Assembly: GCF_006345805.1 (NCBI RefSeq)
Contig: NW_021832977.1
Coordinates: 1-59,681, forward strand
DNA: 59,681 nt
Direction of reading: 5' to 3'
DNA from: Octopus sinensis
Taxonomy: Eukaryota
Shown: positions 13,198 through 26,320 of the stretch, piece by piece
How the letters are laid out: each line of letters starts with the position of its first letter
How positions within the stretch are numbered: the stretch's first letter is position 1
Notes under the pieces: model-generated
What the model was told of the DNA's origin: nothing
Seen by the model: the letters and a program-made list of their open reading frames with translations, nothing else
Databases searched by the model: none
Translations under genes and position numbers: made by a program

Positions 13198-13539
13198 GTT
13201 AAAAGATGTGTATAGCAACAGATTTATCGGTGGATGGCGACTGACTGGTTATTGAAGTTTGGTTGGTAGTGGATGTCTTGGTGGCGGTTTTAGGGTAGGT
13301 GTGGGTTTTGGGTAGGTACCATGATACTTGCGTACGATATGATATGTGCGTGGTATGATTTAGTGGAAGGGTGGAGATTGTGATGCCAATGGGGTGGATG
13401 TGGAGATATTTTTATTAAAATTTTCAAAACCTCTACCCTATGAAAACATCTATCAAAGAAAATGAAATATACCAAAAATAAAAAAAAGGAAAAAAAGAAT
13501 TACATTTTGACAACTGACAGATTTAATGTACACTATATC

Positions 13540-14285
13540 TCCTTCGACACCATCATTGCGGCTACCACTAACGTACATCTGCCTATACTATTATCATCAC
13601 AACCGCCACTACTGCCTCGTCATATGTCGTCACCCTAACTATCATACCTATGGTCATTATCATCAACACTACACCATCACCGCAACAATCACCATCGCTG
13701 CTACTTTAGTACTATCACCACCACACCACATCACACCACACTACACCCGATACTGTAACTATCACCACAACTATAAACAACACTACCAATATTAAATATT
13801 GCCAACTCTGGCATTGATTCAAAGCCAACGCTACCCCCACCACCAAAACCACTACCACCACCAAAACACCACCACCAACACCACCATCACCACCACCACC
13901 ACAACCACCACCACCACAACCACCGGCGCCGCCGCCGCCGCTGCCACCATCACCATCACCATCGCTACCATCATCGCTACCAACAACATAACTACAACCA
14001 ACATTACCAGTACCACCACCACCACCATCATCATCACCACCATCACCACTATCACCCCCACCGTCATCACCAGAACGACAACTACCACTAACACTACCAC
14101 CATGGCGCTAACACCATCACCAATTTTACCATCCACACCATTATCAACGTCTCTACTAAGGCTGTCATATCAACACCACCTGTACGACGACGACCTCCAC
14201 AACAACGTATTACCATACACCAACCAATACTGTATCCACCACCGACATAACTTTAACTTCTATAAATACAACTTACTCATCCACC

Positions 14286-14331
<46 letters not shown>

Positions 14332-14332
14332 T
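13540..14332. repeat. Degenerate (ACC/ATC/ACT)n low-complexity tract
   Basis: Source of the spurious Thr/His-rich ORF 13799-14500. Confidence 0.85.
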
Positions 14333-14409
14333 CAGGATCTTATACCCAATGACGGTAATTTTGCAAACACATTTATGTACATATATTTGTGTGTGTGTTG
14401 TGTGTGTAT

Positions 14410-14456
<47 letters not shown>

Positions 14457-14509
14457 TATATGTATATTATATATATGTATATATATATATATGTATATAG
14501 ATATATATA

Positions 14510-14569
<60 letters not shown>

Positions 14570-14590
14570 AAGAGAGAGAGAGAGAGAGAG

Positions 14591-14737
14591 AATCCAAACA
14601 TGAACAAGCAAGAAAAAACAAGAACGCTTGGACGTGGAATAAATACAGTGTTATTGAACTCTCGGGAAAGGAAAGAAAAAAGAGGATTTCACAATTCGAG
14701 CGGAGCTCTTCATCAGAGATAAAGAAAAAGTCTAAAG
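14591..14737 (-). mobile_element. HHR-bearing module, copy 2
   Basis: Homologous to 1301-1473. Minus strand ATCT-CTGATGA-AGAGCTCCGCTC-GAAT-TGTG-AAAT at 14686-14720 has a canonical CUGAUGA but a damaged GAAA/UH. Confidence 0.7.
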
Positions 14738-15474
14738 AATCTGCAATCAGAAAACCATTACTTTCAAAACAAACGCTGCAAAGCGTTTGCAGTGGAGTAG
14801 AAACCTACAGAATTGGTCCTTATAGCAATGGAAGTATGTTGTTTTCTCGCACGAGTCATACTTTACCATATTTCTGACCCCCGGCCGAGTATACGTGTAG
14901 AGACAGCCAAAAAAAGCATTTGATCCAGACTGCATTCTTCCAGCTGTTAAACATAGAAGAGGATCTGTGATTATCTGGTGGGGATATATCTCTGAAATCC
15001 ACTGGTCCAATGGTTTCCCTTCATGGCAGAATTAATAGTCAAGCCTATTTAAGCATCTTATCTGATCAAATTCATCCTATTGTTGCGGAAATGTTTCTGG
15101 AGGGAAACGCAATCATTCAAGATGGTAATGCGACAATTCCCACAGCTAAAGTCGTTACTGAATGACACAAGGAACATTCCAGTGAAGTTAAACATCTTAC
15201 CTGGCTACCACAGATCTCAATTTTATTGAACATTTATGGTGCATTTTAGAAAAACAGGTAAGGAATCGATATCCTCCACCATCATCACTACAAGAACTGG
15301 AGACTGTTTTAGCAGAAGAATGAACACAAATTCCCCTGGACACAATTCAAACTATGTACGTGACCATATGTCGTAGAATTCAATCTGTAATTATTGCTAA
15401 AGGCTGTCCTACCCCATATTACAATCAACTTGTTTGAAATTTTAAGGTGTTTCGATTATTTTGTCCAACCCTTG
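14738..15474 (+). pseudogene. Degenerate Tc1-like transposase with right TIR
   Basis: AIRKPLLSK, VVFSHESYF (FSDES), AVKHRRGSVIIW, QDGNA, EHLWCILE (DDE motifs); terminal gattattttgtccaacccttg. Confidence 0.8.
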
Positions 15475-15619
15475 AATATATATATGTGTGTGTGTGCATG
15501 TCTGAGTATGTGTGTGTGTATGTACGTACATATGTATATACATATGTATGTATGTGTATATATATATATATTATATATATATATTATATATATATATATA
15601 TATTATATATATATATAAA

Positions 15620-15724
15620 CTTCAGGCTTCTTTCAGTTTCCGTCTACTAAATCCACTCACAACGCTTTTGACGGACCGAGTCGGTAGTAGAAGATATTTG
15701 CCCAAGGTGCTGGAACTGAACCCG
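15620..15724 (-). mobile_element. SINE family A fragment abutting the Penelope remnant
   Basis: ggcttctttcagtttccgtctactaaatccactcacaa...actgaacccgg. Confidence 0.75.
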
Positions 15725-16754
15725 GTGAGAGGATATCCACGAATGAGTAAGTGGCGAGCCATGGGTTGCGACTGAGTCTTAAAGTCATATTTGTAACTGC
15801 AGAGCCTGTGCAGGCAGCAGAATTGGGAATAGGGTATGGAGAGCTTGGTATGGGTAGTGTGGGAGGAGTAGAAGTTGGGGTATGAGTGTGAGTCATTGTG
15901 ATTGTAATGGATGGCAGTAGTGAGAGCGGTGTTGTGGATGTTTACCAAAATGCCGAGAAAGACAACGGAAGTGTTGGAAATAGAACAGGAGAATTCGAGG
16001 GCAGGATGGATGGATTGGGCAAAGGAGAGGAAGGAGTCTAGTTGTTCGTGGGAGAGTGAGGTCGCACCAATACAGTCATCAATATAACGACCATATATTT
16101 CAGGAGTGAGACCAGTGAATCTTGAAAATATTTGGGCCTCAACGTAGCCAACGAGCAGTTTAGTATTGGCGAGGGCCCATTCTCATTCCTATGGCAACTC
16201 CCAAAATATGTTGGTAAAATACCCCACGAACGAAAAAAATGTGAGGGAGAGAACAAGTTCAGCCAGACGAAGTGTGGAGTTTTCAGGGTGAGGGTTGGGT
16301 CGAAGGTCTAGGAAGTGTTTGAAGACAAGAAGTCCATCTTTGTGTGTCATCACCATATATAGACTCTTGATATCGAGAGTGAAGAGAAGTTTAGATGGGC
16401 CATTCGGGAAGGAGAAAGAGTTGAAAAGACGGAGAGCATATTTAGTGTCGTGGATTTGAGAGGGAAGCCACTAGGGGGCAAAATCACTGTCGAGGTATTT
16501 CGAGATCAATTCCGTGGGGCAGATACAGGCGGAAACGATGAGGCAGCCAGGGTTGTTGGGCTTGTGGATTTGGGGAAGGAATCATACGTGGCGGTGCGTG
16601 GAGTGCAAAGGATGAGGTTGGAGGCGGTGGGAGGGAGACGGGAGGAGAAGATGAGGTCATAGATAGTGGAGGACACAGTCTCTTGGTAGCTAGGCGTGGG
16701 GTTTGAGGGCAGAGGGTAATTGAAGTTGGTGGTGAGCTTCAGCCTTGTCGAGGT
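15724..16754 (-). pseudogene. Penelope-like retroelement reverse transcriptase remnant
   Basis: Minus strand PKIHKPNNPGCLIVSACICPTELISKYLD, LLFTLDIKSLY, GMRMGP, DDCIG, DSHSYPNFYSSHTTHTKLSIPYSQF: PLE RT core and thumb motifs, frameshifted. Confidence 0.88.
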
Positions 16755-16791
16755 CTACGCGCCACACCACCACGGGTCTACTCTTGTCAGC

Positions 16792-16836
16792 CGGCTTTCT
16801 GATGATGTCTTTGCGGCGTCAGAAACATTAGTGCCG
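16792..16836 (+). ncRNA. Minimal hammerhead ribozyme in inverted pLTR of the Penelope remnant
   Basis: CGGCTTT-CTGATGA-TGTCtttgcggcGTCA-GAAA-CA-TT-AGTGCCG. Stem I CGGCTTT/AGTGCCG has one mismatch; core 16799-16805, GAAA 16822-16825. Confidence 0.75.
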
Positions 16837-16870
16837 TGAGTTCGGACGGGGAGATGCTGAGATATTGATG

Positions 16871-16913
<43 letters not shown>

Positions 16914-16950
16914 ATGTGTGCAAATATGTATATCTATACATATATATATA

Positions 16951-17001
<51 letters not shown>

Positions 17002-17049
17002 TTATTTATATATGTGTGATTTTTGCGTGTGTGTGTGTATTGTTTCTTC

Positions 17050-18277
17050 ACAGATAAACAGACGTCGGACTGTTCAAAGAAGGCATCAAAACTAACTATG
17101 AGCATTTCATTTGAAAATCAACCAAATTTGGCATCGTGGCGCTGTGACGTAATTGCAGAGAAATGTCTTAACCCCCATTGACGTATGTACTGACATGGCT
17201 GCTACATTAGGGAATCACACTTCAGCTTTATCAAATGCAAAAGTGAGAAAAAAACCTCGATCACCACATGGTGACAGATGACAGGTGATTGACTATAAAT
17301 CGAATAGCCAATGCTATTAGTGTATCCGGAGAGAGAGCTGATAATATTCTGCACACGAACTTGGCATGATGAAGGTTTCATCTCGATGGGTGCTACGACT
17401 TCTGATACCTGATCAAAAACGCACCAGGCTGATCACATCAAAGGGAAATCTGATATTGTTTGAGGCAGACCCAGCTGGTTTCCTTGAAAGTTTCCCAAGA
17501 CAGGATGTGTGTTGGTTTCATTATTTTGAGCCAGAGATAAAGAGAGAATCCATACGGTAGAAACAACCGCACCTACATCTGCTCCAACAAGGCAGAGAAA
17601 GTTTATCTACAGGGAAGTTTATAGTTTCAATTTTGGATGATGCAAATTGCATTGTGTTTATTGACCACATCTTCACCTTACTACGCCAACATCCAGTACG
17701 ACCAAAATTACCATCGCTAAAAACAACAACACCACTACCGCCGCCATGACAAACACCATCAGTAGAACTATAATTAAAAAATACAAACACTACTACTACT
17801 ACTCTACTACCACCACCACCACCACCACCATGATGACCAACACCGTGATCTTATACCCATTAACGCTAATTTTACACACATATACACACAAACACGGCAG
17901 TAAACAGCCGAACGCCCCACTGCACAACTCCTTGGTTTCAATAGGTGCTGTGCGTGACTGTAGTTCTTAACAGGTTGATAAACCCCACTGTTATCTTTAT
18001 TTCGCCCATATCTGATTATCATCTGCTCCTCAACATAACAAAAACATGTAATGGGTGAGAAGTATCACAGTGATGATGAGAACATATCTGCTGTTGAAGA
18101 CATTTGTGACCAACAAAATTAAAGTTTCATCACAAAAGAGTTCCAAGCACAGCAACACCGATGAAGGAAGTGTGTTGAGAATAAGTGGGACAATGTTGAA
18201 AAATATATATATGTTACTTTCGTCATGTTCTATGAGATTATGGTGGTCAACCTATGGACTTTCCAGACGACCCTAGT
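17050..18277 (+). mobile_element. Degenerate mariner interrupted by simple repeats
   Basis: LGMMKVSSRWVLRLLIPDQKRTR...QDVCWFHYFEPEIKRES; C-terminal RKCVENKWDNVEK; TIR-like end cctatggactttccagacgaccctagta. Confidence 0.8.
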
Positions 18278-18339
18278 ATAAATGTGCATGTATGTCTGTG
18301 TATGCATTTATATATATATATATATATATATATGTAGTA

Positions 18340-18500
18340 AGTTGAAAAATGTACAAACACAAAAAACACAACACTGTGAGGATGTGGTACATGTAATGTA
18401 TTAGCAGAGGCTCAGGGAAGGGAAGAAAGATGGTTTAACCTTTCGAGCAGACACTCTTCTTCTGAAACAGAGGAAGGTCCAACAGAAGGGAAAAATGAGG
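18340..18500 (-). mobile_element. HHR-bearing module, copy 3 (diverged)
   Basis: Minus strand GTTT-CAGAAGA-AGAGTGTCTGCTC-GAAA-GG-TT-AAAC at 18433-18468; starts next to (TA)n. Confidence 0.6.
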
Positions 18501-18669
18501 TTTTTTGATTTTAGCTATTCCTTCTAGCGTACCAGGTATTTTATGATGGTTACCTCTTATGTGTTTAGATGTACACTGTATTTATATGAATAACATATAG
18601 TCTATTGACTAATTTTTCTACACGCTAAGCTACTGGTGATAAAAATTTCAAACTTTTTTCTTACCCTAT

Positions 18670-18748
<79 letters not shown>

Positions 18749-18869
18749 CAAGACAGTGGGATAAATAGTGTGATACGTCAAATATATAAATTGAAGTCTA
18801 AGTTTGAATTGTTGACCTCTACTAAGTGCCTCATATTCAGAGAACATCTGGATGTCATCTTGAAATATC

Positions 18870-18900
<31 letters not shown>

Positions 18901-19059
18901 TATATATATATAATATATATTTATTATACATTTATACACCCTCTCCCTCCGTTCTGAAAAGAGCTGTCACATGATATAAAGACCAGTGAAAGTGGCCCCC
19001 TCCTCTCTAGGTACAAGATCTGAACGTACACATAAGTAATCCTTTCTACATTCTTGTAT

Positions 19060-19445
19060 AGACACGAGGCCTATAATTTTGTGGGAAAAATATCTAGTTG
19101 ATTACGGTACTTATTTCATCCATCTCGAAAAGATAAAAGGCGAAGTCGACTTCGGCAGTTTCTTATCTCAAATCATGACGGAATTACGCTCGGATTTTTG
19201 TCCTGCGTGTGCGAATTCGCTGCGTGGGTGAGCTCATAAATCATCGTTTCCAATTTTGGCACAAGGTCAGGAATTTCAGAAGAGGGAGGAAGTCAATTAA
19301 ATCGACCCCAGTGTACAACTGGTATTTATTTTATTTTAGACGGATTTTGAACTCAGAAAGAAGAGACGGACGAAATAGTGCAAAACATTTTGTCCAAAAT
19401 TTCCTAGACTAGCTCTGTGTAACCATTCTGCAAGCTCTCCGCCTT
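19060..19445 (-). mobile_element. Two diverged SINE family B copies
   Basis: aaggcgaagtcgacttcggc; tcgaccccagtg...gaactcagaa...ccgccttg. Confidence 0.7.
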
Positions 19446-19822
19446 GACGAGAACATAGATAATAGGAGAAAACTTAAACGGACATGAAATTAGTCTTCCT
19501 TCATTTCATCAGTTATATACGTTTCTGTATTCGGAAATGTATGATGTCGCAGTATAAATAGAACTTATAAATACAGAATACATAGTTCTAGCGAACAGGT
19601 TCGGTTGACAAGTGGTGGACGGACAAACGAAAATACACACACATATACGCACGGACGCATCCCGCGACACACACATAATACATACATACATATAGCTTAT
19701 AAATGAAAGAGATATTTTCCGTATAGATTACACTTCGTCGTGCTCAATAGATTTAAACTAGTGCGGGTAGTGGAGAAAACCTGAGTACAAGCAAGTGAGG
19801 CAAGTCGATATACAAAAAAAAT

Positions 19823-20402
19823 ATTCTTTTCTAATATAGGCACAAGGGCCGAAATTTTGGGGGCGGGGGCCAGTCGACATTATCGACCCCAGTACGCAAC
19901 TGGTACATAATTTATCGACCCCGAAAGGATGAAAGGCAAGGCCGACCTCGGCAGCATTTAAAATCAGAACTTAAAAACAGACGAAATACCTATTTCTTTA
20001 CAACCCACAAGGGGGCTATACACAGAGAGGACAAACAAAGACAGACAAATGGATTAAGTCGATTATATCGAGCCAATGCGTAACTGGTACTTATTTAATC
20101 GACCCCAAAAGGATGAAAGGCAAGTCGACCTCGGCGGAATTTGAACTCAGAACGTAGCGGCAGACGAAATACCTATTTCTTTACTACCCACAAGGGGCTA
20201 AACACAGAGAGGACAAAAAATGACAGACAAACGGATCAAGTCGATTGCATCGACCCCAGTGCGTAATTGGTACTTAATCGACCCCGAAAGGATGAAAGAT
20301 AAAGTCGACCTCGGCGGAATTTGAACTCAGAACGTAGCGGCAGACGAAATACCGCTAAGCATTTCGCCCGGCGTGCTAACGTTTCTGCCAGCTCGCCGCC
20401 TT
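19823..20402 (-). mobile_element. Young SINE family B with internally triplicated core
   Basis: Core tcgacccc...gatgaaagg...gacctcggc...agacgaaatacc occurs three times, joined by a repeated linker tatttcttta..acccacaagggg. Confidence 0.88.
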
Positions 20403-20569
20403 GATATTCAAAAAATATTAAATACAATTATGGAATCAATTTACAATCATTTTTTGGGCCACCAAGCCTCCAGAAACTGTTATTTGACACATAAAATTCT
20501 CATTCAACCCCTTTAATTCCTGGTATCATTTCTATTCTGTGTAAGTCGTACCTTTTACATGTAAGTATA

Positions 20570-20868
20570 TGTCCGTTGTTTTTCCTTCTCGAGCCACGCC
20601 TAGCTCATAAAGTTTTCCAGTTTCCTTGGTGTATAGGTTTCCCATCTAGAAGGGACGCTGGTGCGTCGCAGGTGAGCTGCAAGATGCAGGAGAAAAGAGT
20701 GAGAGAAAGTTGTGGCAAAAAAGTCAGCAGAAGTTCGCTATTCTGCCGGAGCCGAGTGGAGCTTAGGTGTTTCGCTCATAAACACACACATCGCCCGGTC
20801 TGAGATTCGAACCCACTATCTCTCGACCGCGAGTCCGCTGCTCTAAACACTAGGCCATGTGCCTCCAC
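20570..20868 (-). mobile_element. tRNA-derived SINE family C
   Basis: Minus head gtggaggcacaTGGCCTAGTGttTAGagc...GGTTCGAATC with A- and B-box-like motifs. Confidence 0.8.
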
Positions 20869-20996
20869 AAGAACATGTACAACTTTTGCATTGAACGTAT
20901 TTAATGTTTTGTATATCGACTTGCCTAACTTGCTTGTACTTACATTTAATCGTCAACATACACACACACAAAAAACACACAGACATATATAAATAA

Positions 20997-21133
<137 letters not shown>

Positions 21134-21134
21134 G

Positions 21135-21290
21135 CATCACACAGTTCCCATCAACCAAATCCTCTCATAAGGTAATAGTCCCACATGATCTGTAGTGGAA
21201 GTCACTTGCCCCAGTTGCTCTGAAGAGTGACCGAAACCTAAACGCGTGGTTGCAAAGTCAGCTTCTGAACCACATACACATGTCTGCGCT
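21135..21290 (-). mobile_element. SINE family A head, diverged
   Basis: cagttcccatcaaccaaatcctctcataagg...aaccacatacacatgtctgcgc. Confidence 0.6.
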
Positions 21291-22030
21291 TGCAAAGGAT
21301 CTAGTCAGATACTTCACAGTTCTTGTCAATCATCTTACACTATCATGAAATAATAGGTCCTAATATAGCCACAAATGTATATATACATATTGAAGCACCG
21401 AACGTATATGTATGTGCACATTGTGCCAAGGAACGAAACAATCAATCAATGCAATCAAATGTTACTTTAATTCTATCGATCCAATAAGGATGAAAGAGAA
21501 ATCAACTTCGGTCGAGATTTGAACTTGCAACCCAAAGGAATATAAGTAAATACAGCAAGATATTTTCCCATCGATCTTTTACAGTCATTTTTACCCTGCC
21601 CCTCTCTCCATCCACCATCAATAAGGGAACTAATAACAATATTTAAAAACCACTAGAAGAGGCAAACAACATTCCATTAGTTAGAACCATCCATCAATCC
21701 ATACGAACCCACCCCATCCATCTAGCCAGCCATCTCCCTCACCACATAAGTATCACCTCCCTACTCCCTTACACCAACCTGTCTTGCATTCAACAATAAA
21801 TATATATCTTACATCACTTTTCTACATACCTCGTTCTCCACCCTACAAATGTTTCCCTCTGCTTCTAAAATTTATGTATGTATATATTTCAATTGTTTCA
21901 TTTTATTTAATTCTAACTTCAAACGCTAATGATAGCTTACAGCTAGAAGCTATTAAATAAATAACTTATACACCAATCTCTTTTGTCTGTGTTCTTTAAC
22001 AAAATAATACACACACACATATATACATAT

Positions 22031-22122
<92 letters not shown>

Positions 22123-22249
22123 ACACTTACAATATGTATTTATATGTATATAGATTGCATACATACGCCGTATAAAAGTGTATAAGAATATATCCGAATG
22201 ATATTATATATCAATATGTATGTTCCTGTAGACGAGATATGACTATAAA

Positions 22250-22498
<249 letters not shown>

Positions 22499-22877
22499 TA
22501 TACATAATCACAAATTTATACACACAGACACACATAAATATATTCATACATATACGAATAAAACTATTACATGCGTGTGGGGTGTGTGTATATATGTGTG
22601 CATGCATTCTTATTTAAAAAATTCTGCATATTCCGTCATGTGGCTATGTAAACGTGTGTAGAAATGTGTATAACATGTACAGTGTTTATACAGTGTGTAC
22701 AAGAAATATCATTCTTTCATATATGAACCAATACTTCATTGATTTTTCTAATTTTGTCACTTCATTTCGCAGTCAGGAATGAGTTTCGTGGTATACAGTG
22801 GGGAAGGGCTGGGAATCAGGTACAGTTGAAGGGAGTGGTCGCTACGAATATATACGTGTGTGTGTGTTTGTGTGTGA

Positions 22878-22919
<42 letters not shown>

Positions 22920-23290
22920 TCACAAATCCAATAAATTACTGGGCAAAAAGAACCTTTGATTTCTTTGTGGGGCTCAAAGTGAGCTCTGTCTTTTAGGTAA
23001 GTGATGTCTATTGAATAGATTCTTAAAACTGGGTGTAGTTATACAGTGAATATATTTCTTGTAGTATATATATAAATTTTGTTCATTCGATTAGATATTT
23101 CAATGTGAATGTATACACACACACATACACTTACACACTGATAAGCACATGCATATATATGTATGTATATACCATAGGTATACATGTATTTTAGTGTACA
23201 TGTGTATTTCTATATATGTATACATATATATACACATACATGTGTATATAAATATATATATATACATATATCCATAAATATACCATATAT

Positions 23291-23327
<37 letters not shown>

Positions 23328-24158
23328 GCATTTCAAATATATTTAGGCATATAATATCTATCTATGTATACACACACATACACTCACACACACAACACAC
23401 ACTCAGATACACACATATCTGGGCGTGTCTTGAAATGTGTGTACGCTCGTGTGGTCTAGTATTGCACATGTGCTCTAGTTTTAGGTTGTTAGTATCACAA
23501 TCTTATGATCGTGTTTCGATCCCACACCGGGCAGTGCTTGGCAAGTAAACACGTCATTTCACATTTCTCCAATCCTTTCAGCTATAAATGCATTTCAGCA
23601 ATAACTGGGGAGTCAACTCCGCAATAAGACAAAGTTCGGTTCCAGTGGGGATTATCCTTGTGACTTATACACCATGTGTACGCTGTAATGTTAACAGACC
23701 TCGGGCTCATCACAGATGTTTATCTTGTAGATGCAATAATACATAGACACATAAATATCTAATCAGACATATATGTACGAGGTGGTATCAAAATATTCCC
23801 GGACTAGCTCTGTGGCGACCGGATCTGTGAAGAGCGACGAATAGGATTCTTCACCGTATTCTCCTCACTCGTGAATTTCTCACCAACCACAATCCGTATT
23901 GCTTTCGCACTAACCTTATTCACCAGGTCTAACCCCTGCGGACTTCCATCTCTTTCTCACGATGAAAATGTGGCTCAAAGGTCGCTGTTTTAACGCCGTT
24001 TTAGAGATCCGAACAAATTGCTGAAGGTCTTCGACTCGCTTACGGAAAACGACTTCCAACCAAGATTACAAAAGTGGCAGGAACGTTTGTGGATTGTTGT
24101 GCAATGGGACTATTTCAAAAGAGATGATGCTAAAACTTAGGTAAATAAGTTATTTTCT

Positions 24159-24391
24159 TATTTCTTTACTACCCACAAGGGGCTAAACACAGAGAGGACA
24201 AAGAAGGACTGACAAACGGATTAAGTCGATTATATCGACCCCAGTGCGTAATTGGTTCTTAATTTATCGACCCCGAAAGGATGAAAGGCAACGTCGACCT
24301 CGGCGGTATTTGAACTCAGAACGTAACGGTAGACGAAATACGGCTATACATTTCGCCCGGTGTGCTAACGACTCTGCCAGCTCGCCCGCAG
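24159..24391 (-). mobile_element. SINE family B with 15-bp TSD
   Basis: TSD aataagtta(t/c)tttct at 24144-24158 and 24392-24406. Confidence 0.88.
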
Positions 24392-24414
24392 AATAAGTTA
24401 CTTTCTATTAAACA

Positions 24415-25630
24415 CTAGCAAACGCACCCGTCTTTTGGATGGTTTAAGTTGCTTTGGTGGTATTTTATTCAACAAATAATTGAACTCTCGATAAGGTTTA
24501 TGAGTCGCACGGCAATCTATGTTTCTGATCAACCCAAGAAAGTTGAAGGCAAGTCATTGTGGAGGGCATTGCACTTTAATGATCATAGAACATACAAGTT
24601 TGCAAGCGATGCAAAATAAAGCGACTGAAGTGTTTTGGGAGTAGATTACGGTAATGACTACAAAACATAGTTGTTTTACATGAAAGTGAAATTTCTTATC
24701 AGAAACAGCCACATAAATTGTGAAATGAAATTCAAGGAAGACATTGAAACTTCCTCTTTGCGTGTTTATGTTTTTTCAACAGAAAAGGGAGCTATTTTTT
24801 GGTGAGATAATCTAACAATACCCCTTTATTCTGTGTTCCAAAATAGCCTACGCATACTCTAACAGCGAATGCTGCATGAAGTTAGATTGGTATGGCATTT
24901 TCTGAAAGATGCGTATAGCTTTCGCTAGTTGAAGCAAAACTGTTATTTAAAGGTTGATTTTTTGGGGAAGAATCATATGTGCTTGTTTAAAAAAGGCTGG
25001 AACGACAATGCTAAATCATTTGAAACAAGCGTCAGCAATCGAAATGTTTAGATGGCAGAGTAAATAAGCATCCTTAAAGTGAAACAACGCATTGGTAGGT
25101 AAACAAAGATATCAACAAATAGAAGAGAAGGAAGGTAACATCACCTCTCAGAGTAGGTAAGGGTAAGGTTGCCAAGGTTTGATGCAGTTTAAATATGGGG
25201 ATTAAGATTGTTGGGTATTGGATAGTCATGGCGTACAGTGTTCCTAGTCAATTTAATCACCGTGACAGTTAGAAATTCGAAATAGATAAAATCATTTTCC
25301 CTTTTATAAAAAAGATTAAAAATGTATGGCAATCCCTACATACAAAAAACAATGTCCATTTACGAGGGGTGTGTGAAAAGTCTTGAGTCTCAAAAATACA
25401 AAACATGGTACAAGACTTCTGATGAAGGTGCAAGACTTCAAGGCTCAAAGCTTTTCATACACTCCTTGTACGTCCATTTACGCGGGGCTCTGGGCAAAAT
25501 ATTATAGTGCATGACCTTACTTGGGACTTAGGTGACGTGTGTGTAAAGTTTGATGAAAATCGGTTGAGAATTGTGGAAATGTATGTGTTAGTTATTATGC
25601 ACACAGATCCTGTGATTTATATAAACTAGA
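24415..25630 (-). mobile_element. Non-autonomous Helitron
   Basis: Minus strand 5' A|TC...CTAG|T 3' with no TSD; imperfect hairpin ccatc-caaaa-gacgg about 10 nt before CTAG; removal rejoins attaaaca|taactaatccgg next to the mariner right TIR. Confidence 0.8.
25363..25468. mobile_element. ~106-bp mariner-type MITE inside the Helitron
   Basis: TIRs cgaggggtgtgtgaaaagtcttgag / ctcaaagcttttcatacactccttg, with TA on both sides. Confidence 0.75.
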
Positions 25631-25665
25631 TAACTAATCCGGAAACATTTTGATACCACTTCGTA

Positions 25666-26320
25666 TTTTGGCACATGGTCAGTAATTTTTGGGGAGTGAG
25701 GGTAAGTCGACTATTTCAACTCGAGTGCTCTACTGGTATGTATTTTATCGACACCGAAAGGATGAAGGCAAAGTCGACCGCACCGGAGTTTGAACTCAGA
25801 ATGTAAAGATGGAAGAAATGTTGCTCAGTGCGGTAACAACACTGCCAGTTCACCGACTTAATCTATATTAAAATATTGGTTCCAAATTTTGGCACAATGC
25901 TAGCAATTTGGGTGGGGGTGGATTAGTCGAGTACGTCGACTGCAGTGTTAACCTGATTCTCATTTCGTCGACTCCAAAAGGATGAAAGACGAAGTCGACT
26001 TCGGTGGAATTTGAACTTGGAGGTAAAGACGGACGAAAAGCCGTTAAGCATTTTTCCCGGCGTGCTAACGTTTCTTCCAGCTTGCAGTCTTAATATATAT
26101 ATCGGTTTCAAACTTTGGAACAAGGCTAACAATTTCTGGGAAGTGGGTAATTCGATTTACATCGAACCTATTGTTCAGCTGTACTTATTTTATCGATCCT
26201 GAAATTGTCAAAGGTAGATTCGGTCTCGGCCGAATTTGAATTCAGAAGGTAAAAAACGGACGAAATACCGCCAAGGAATTTTTCCCAGAAAGAAAAGGAA
26301 TCTGCCAGCCTTCCCCCATT
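25666..26320 (-). mobile_element. Three head-to-tail SINE family B copies
   Basis: Repeated tttggcaca...tcga...aaggatgaa...gtcgac...ttgaact...gacgaaa...ccag units. Confidence 0.8.

Larger units (their letters stand above)
23778..25663 (+). mobile_element. Internally deleted mariner with both TIRs and TA TSD, hosting nested insertions
   Basis: Left TA|cgaggtggtatcaaaatattcccggactag; right ctaatccggaaacattttgataccacttcg|TA; peptide PYSPGLTPADFHLFLTMK...LKGRCF (YSPDL motif). Confidence 0.88.

Noticed and set aside
13799-14500. 233-aa Thr/His-rich mucin-like ORF
   Set aside because: Degenerate ACC/ATC repeats running into (TA)n; non-ATG start and no gene structure.
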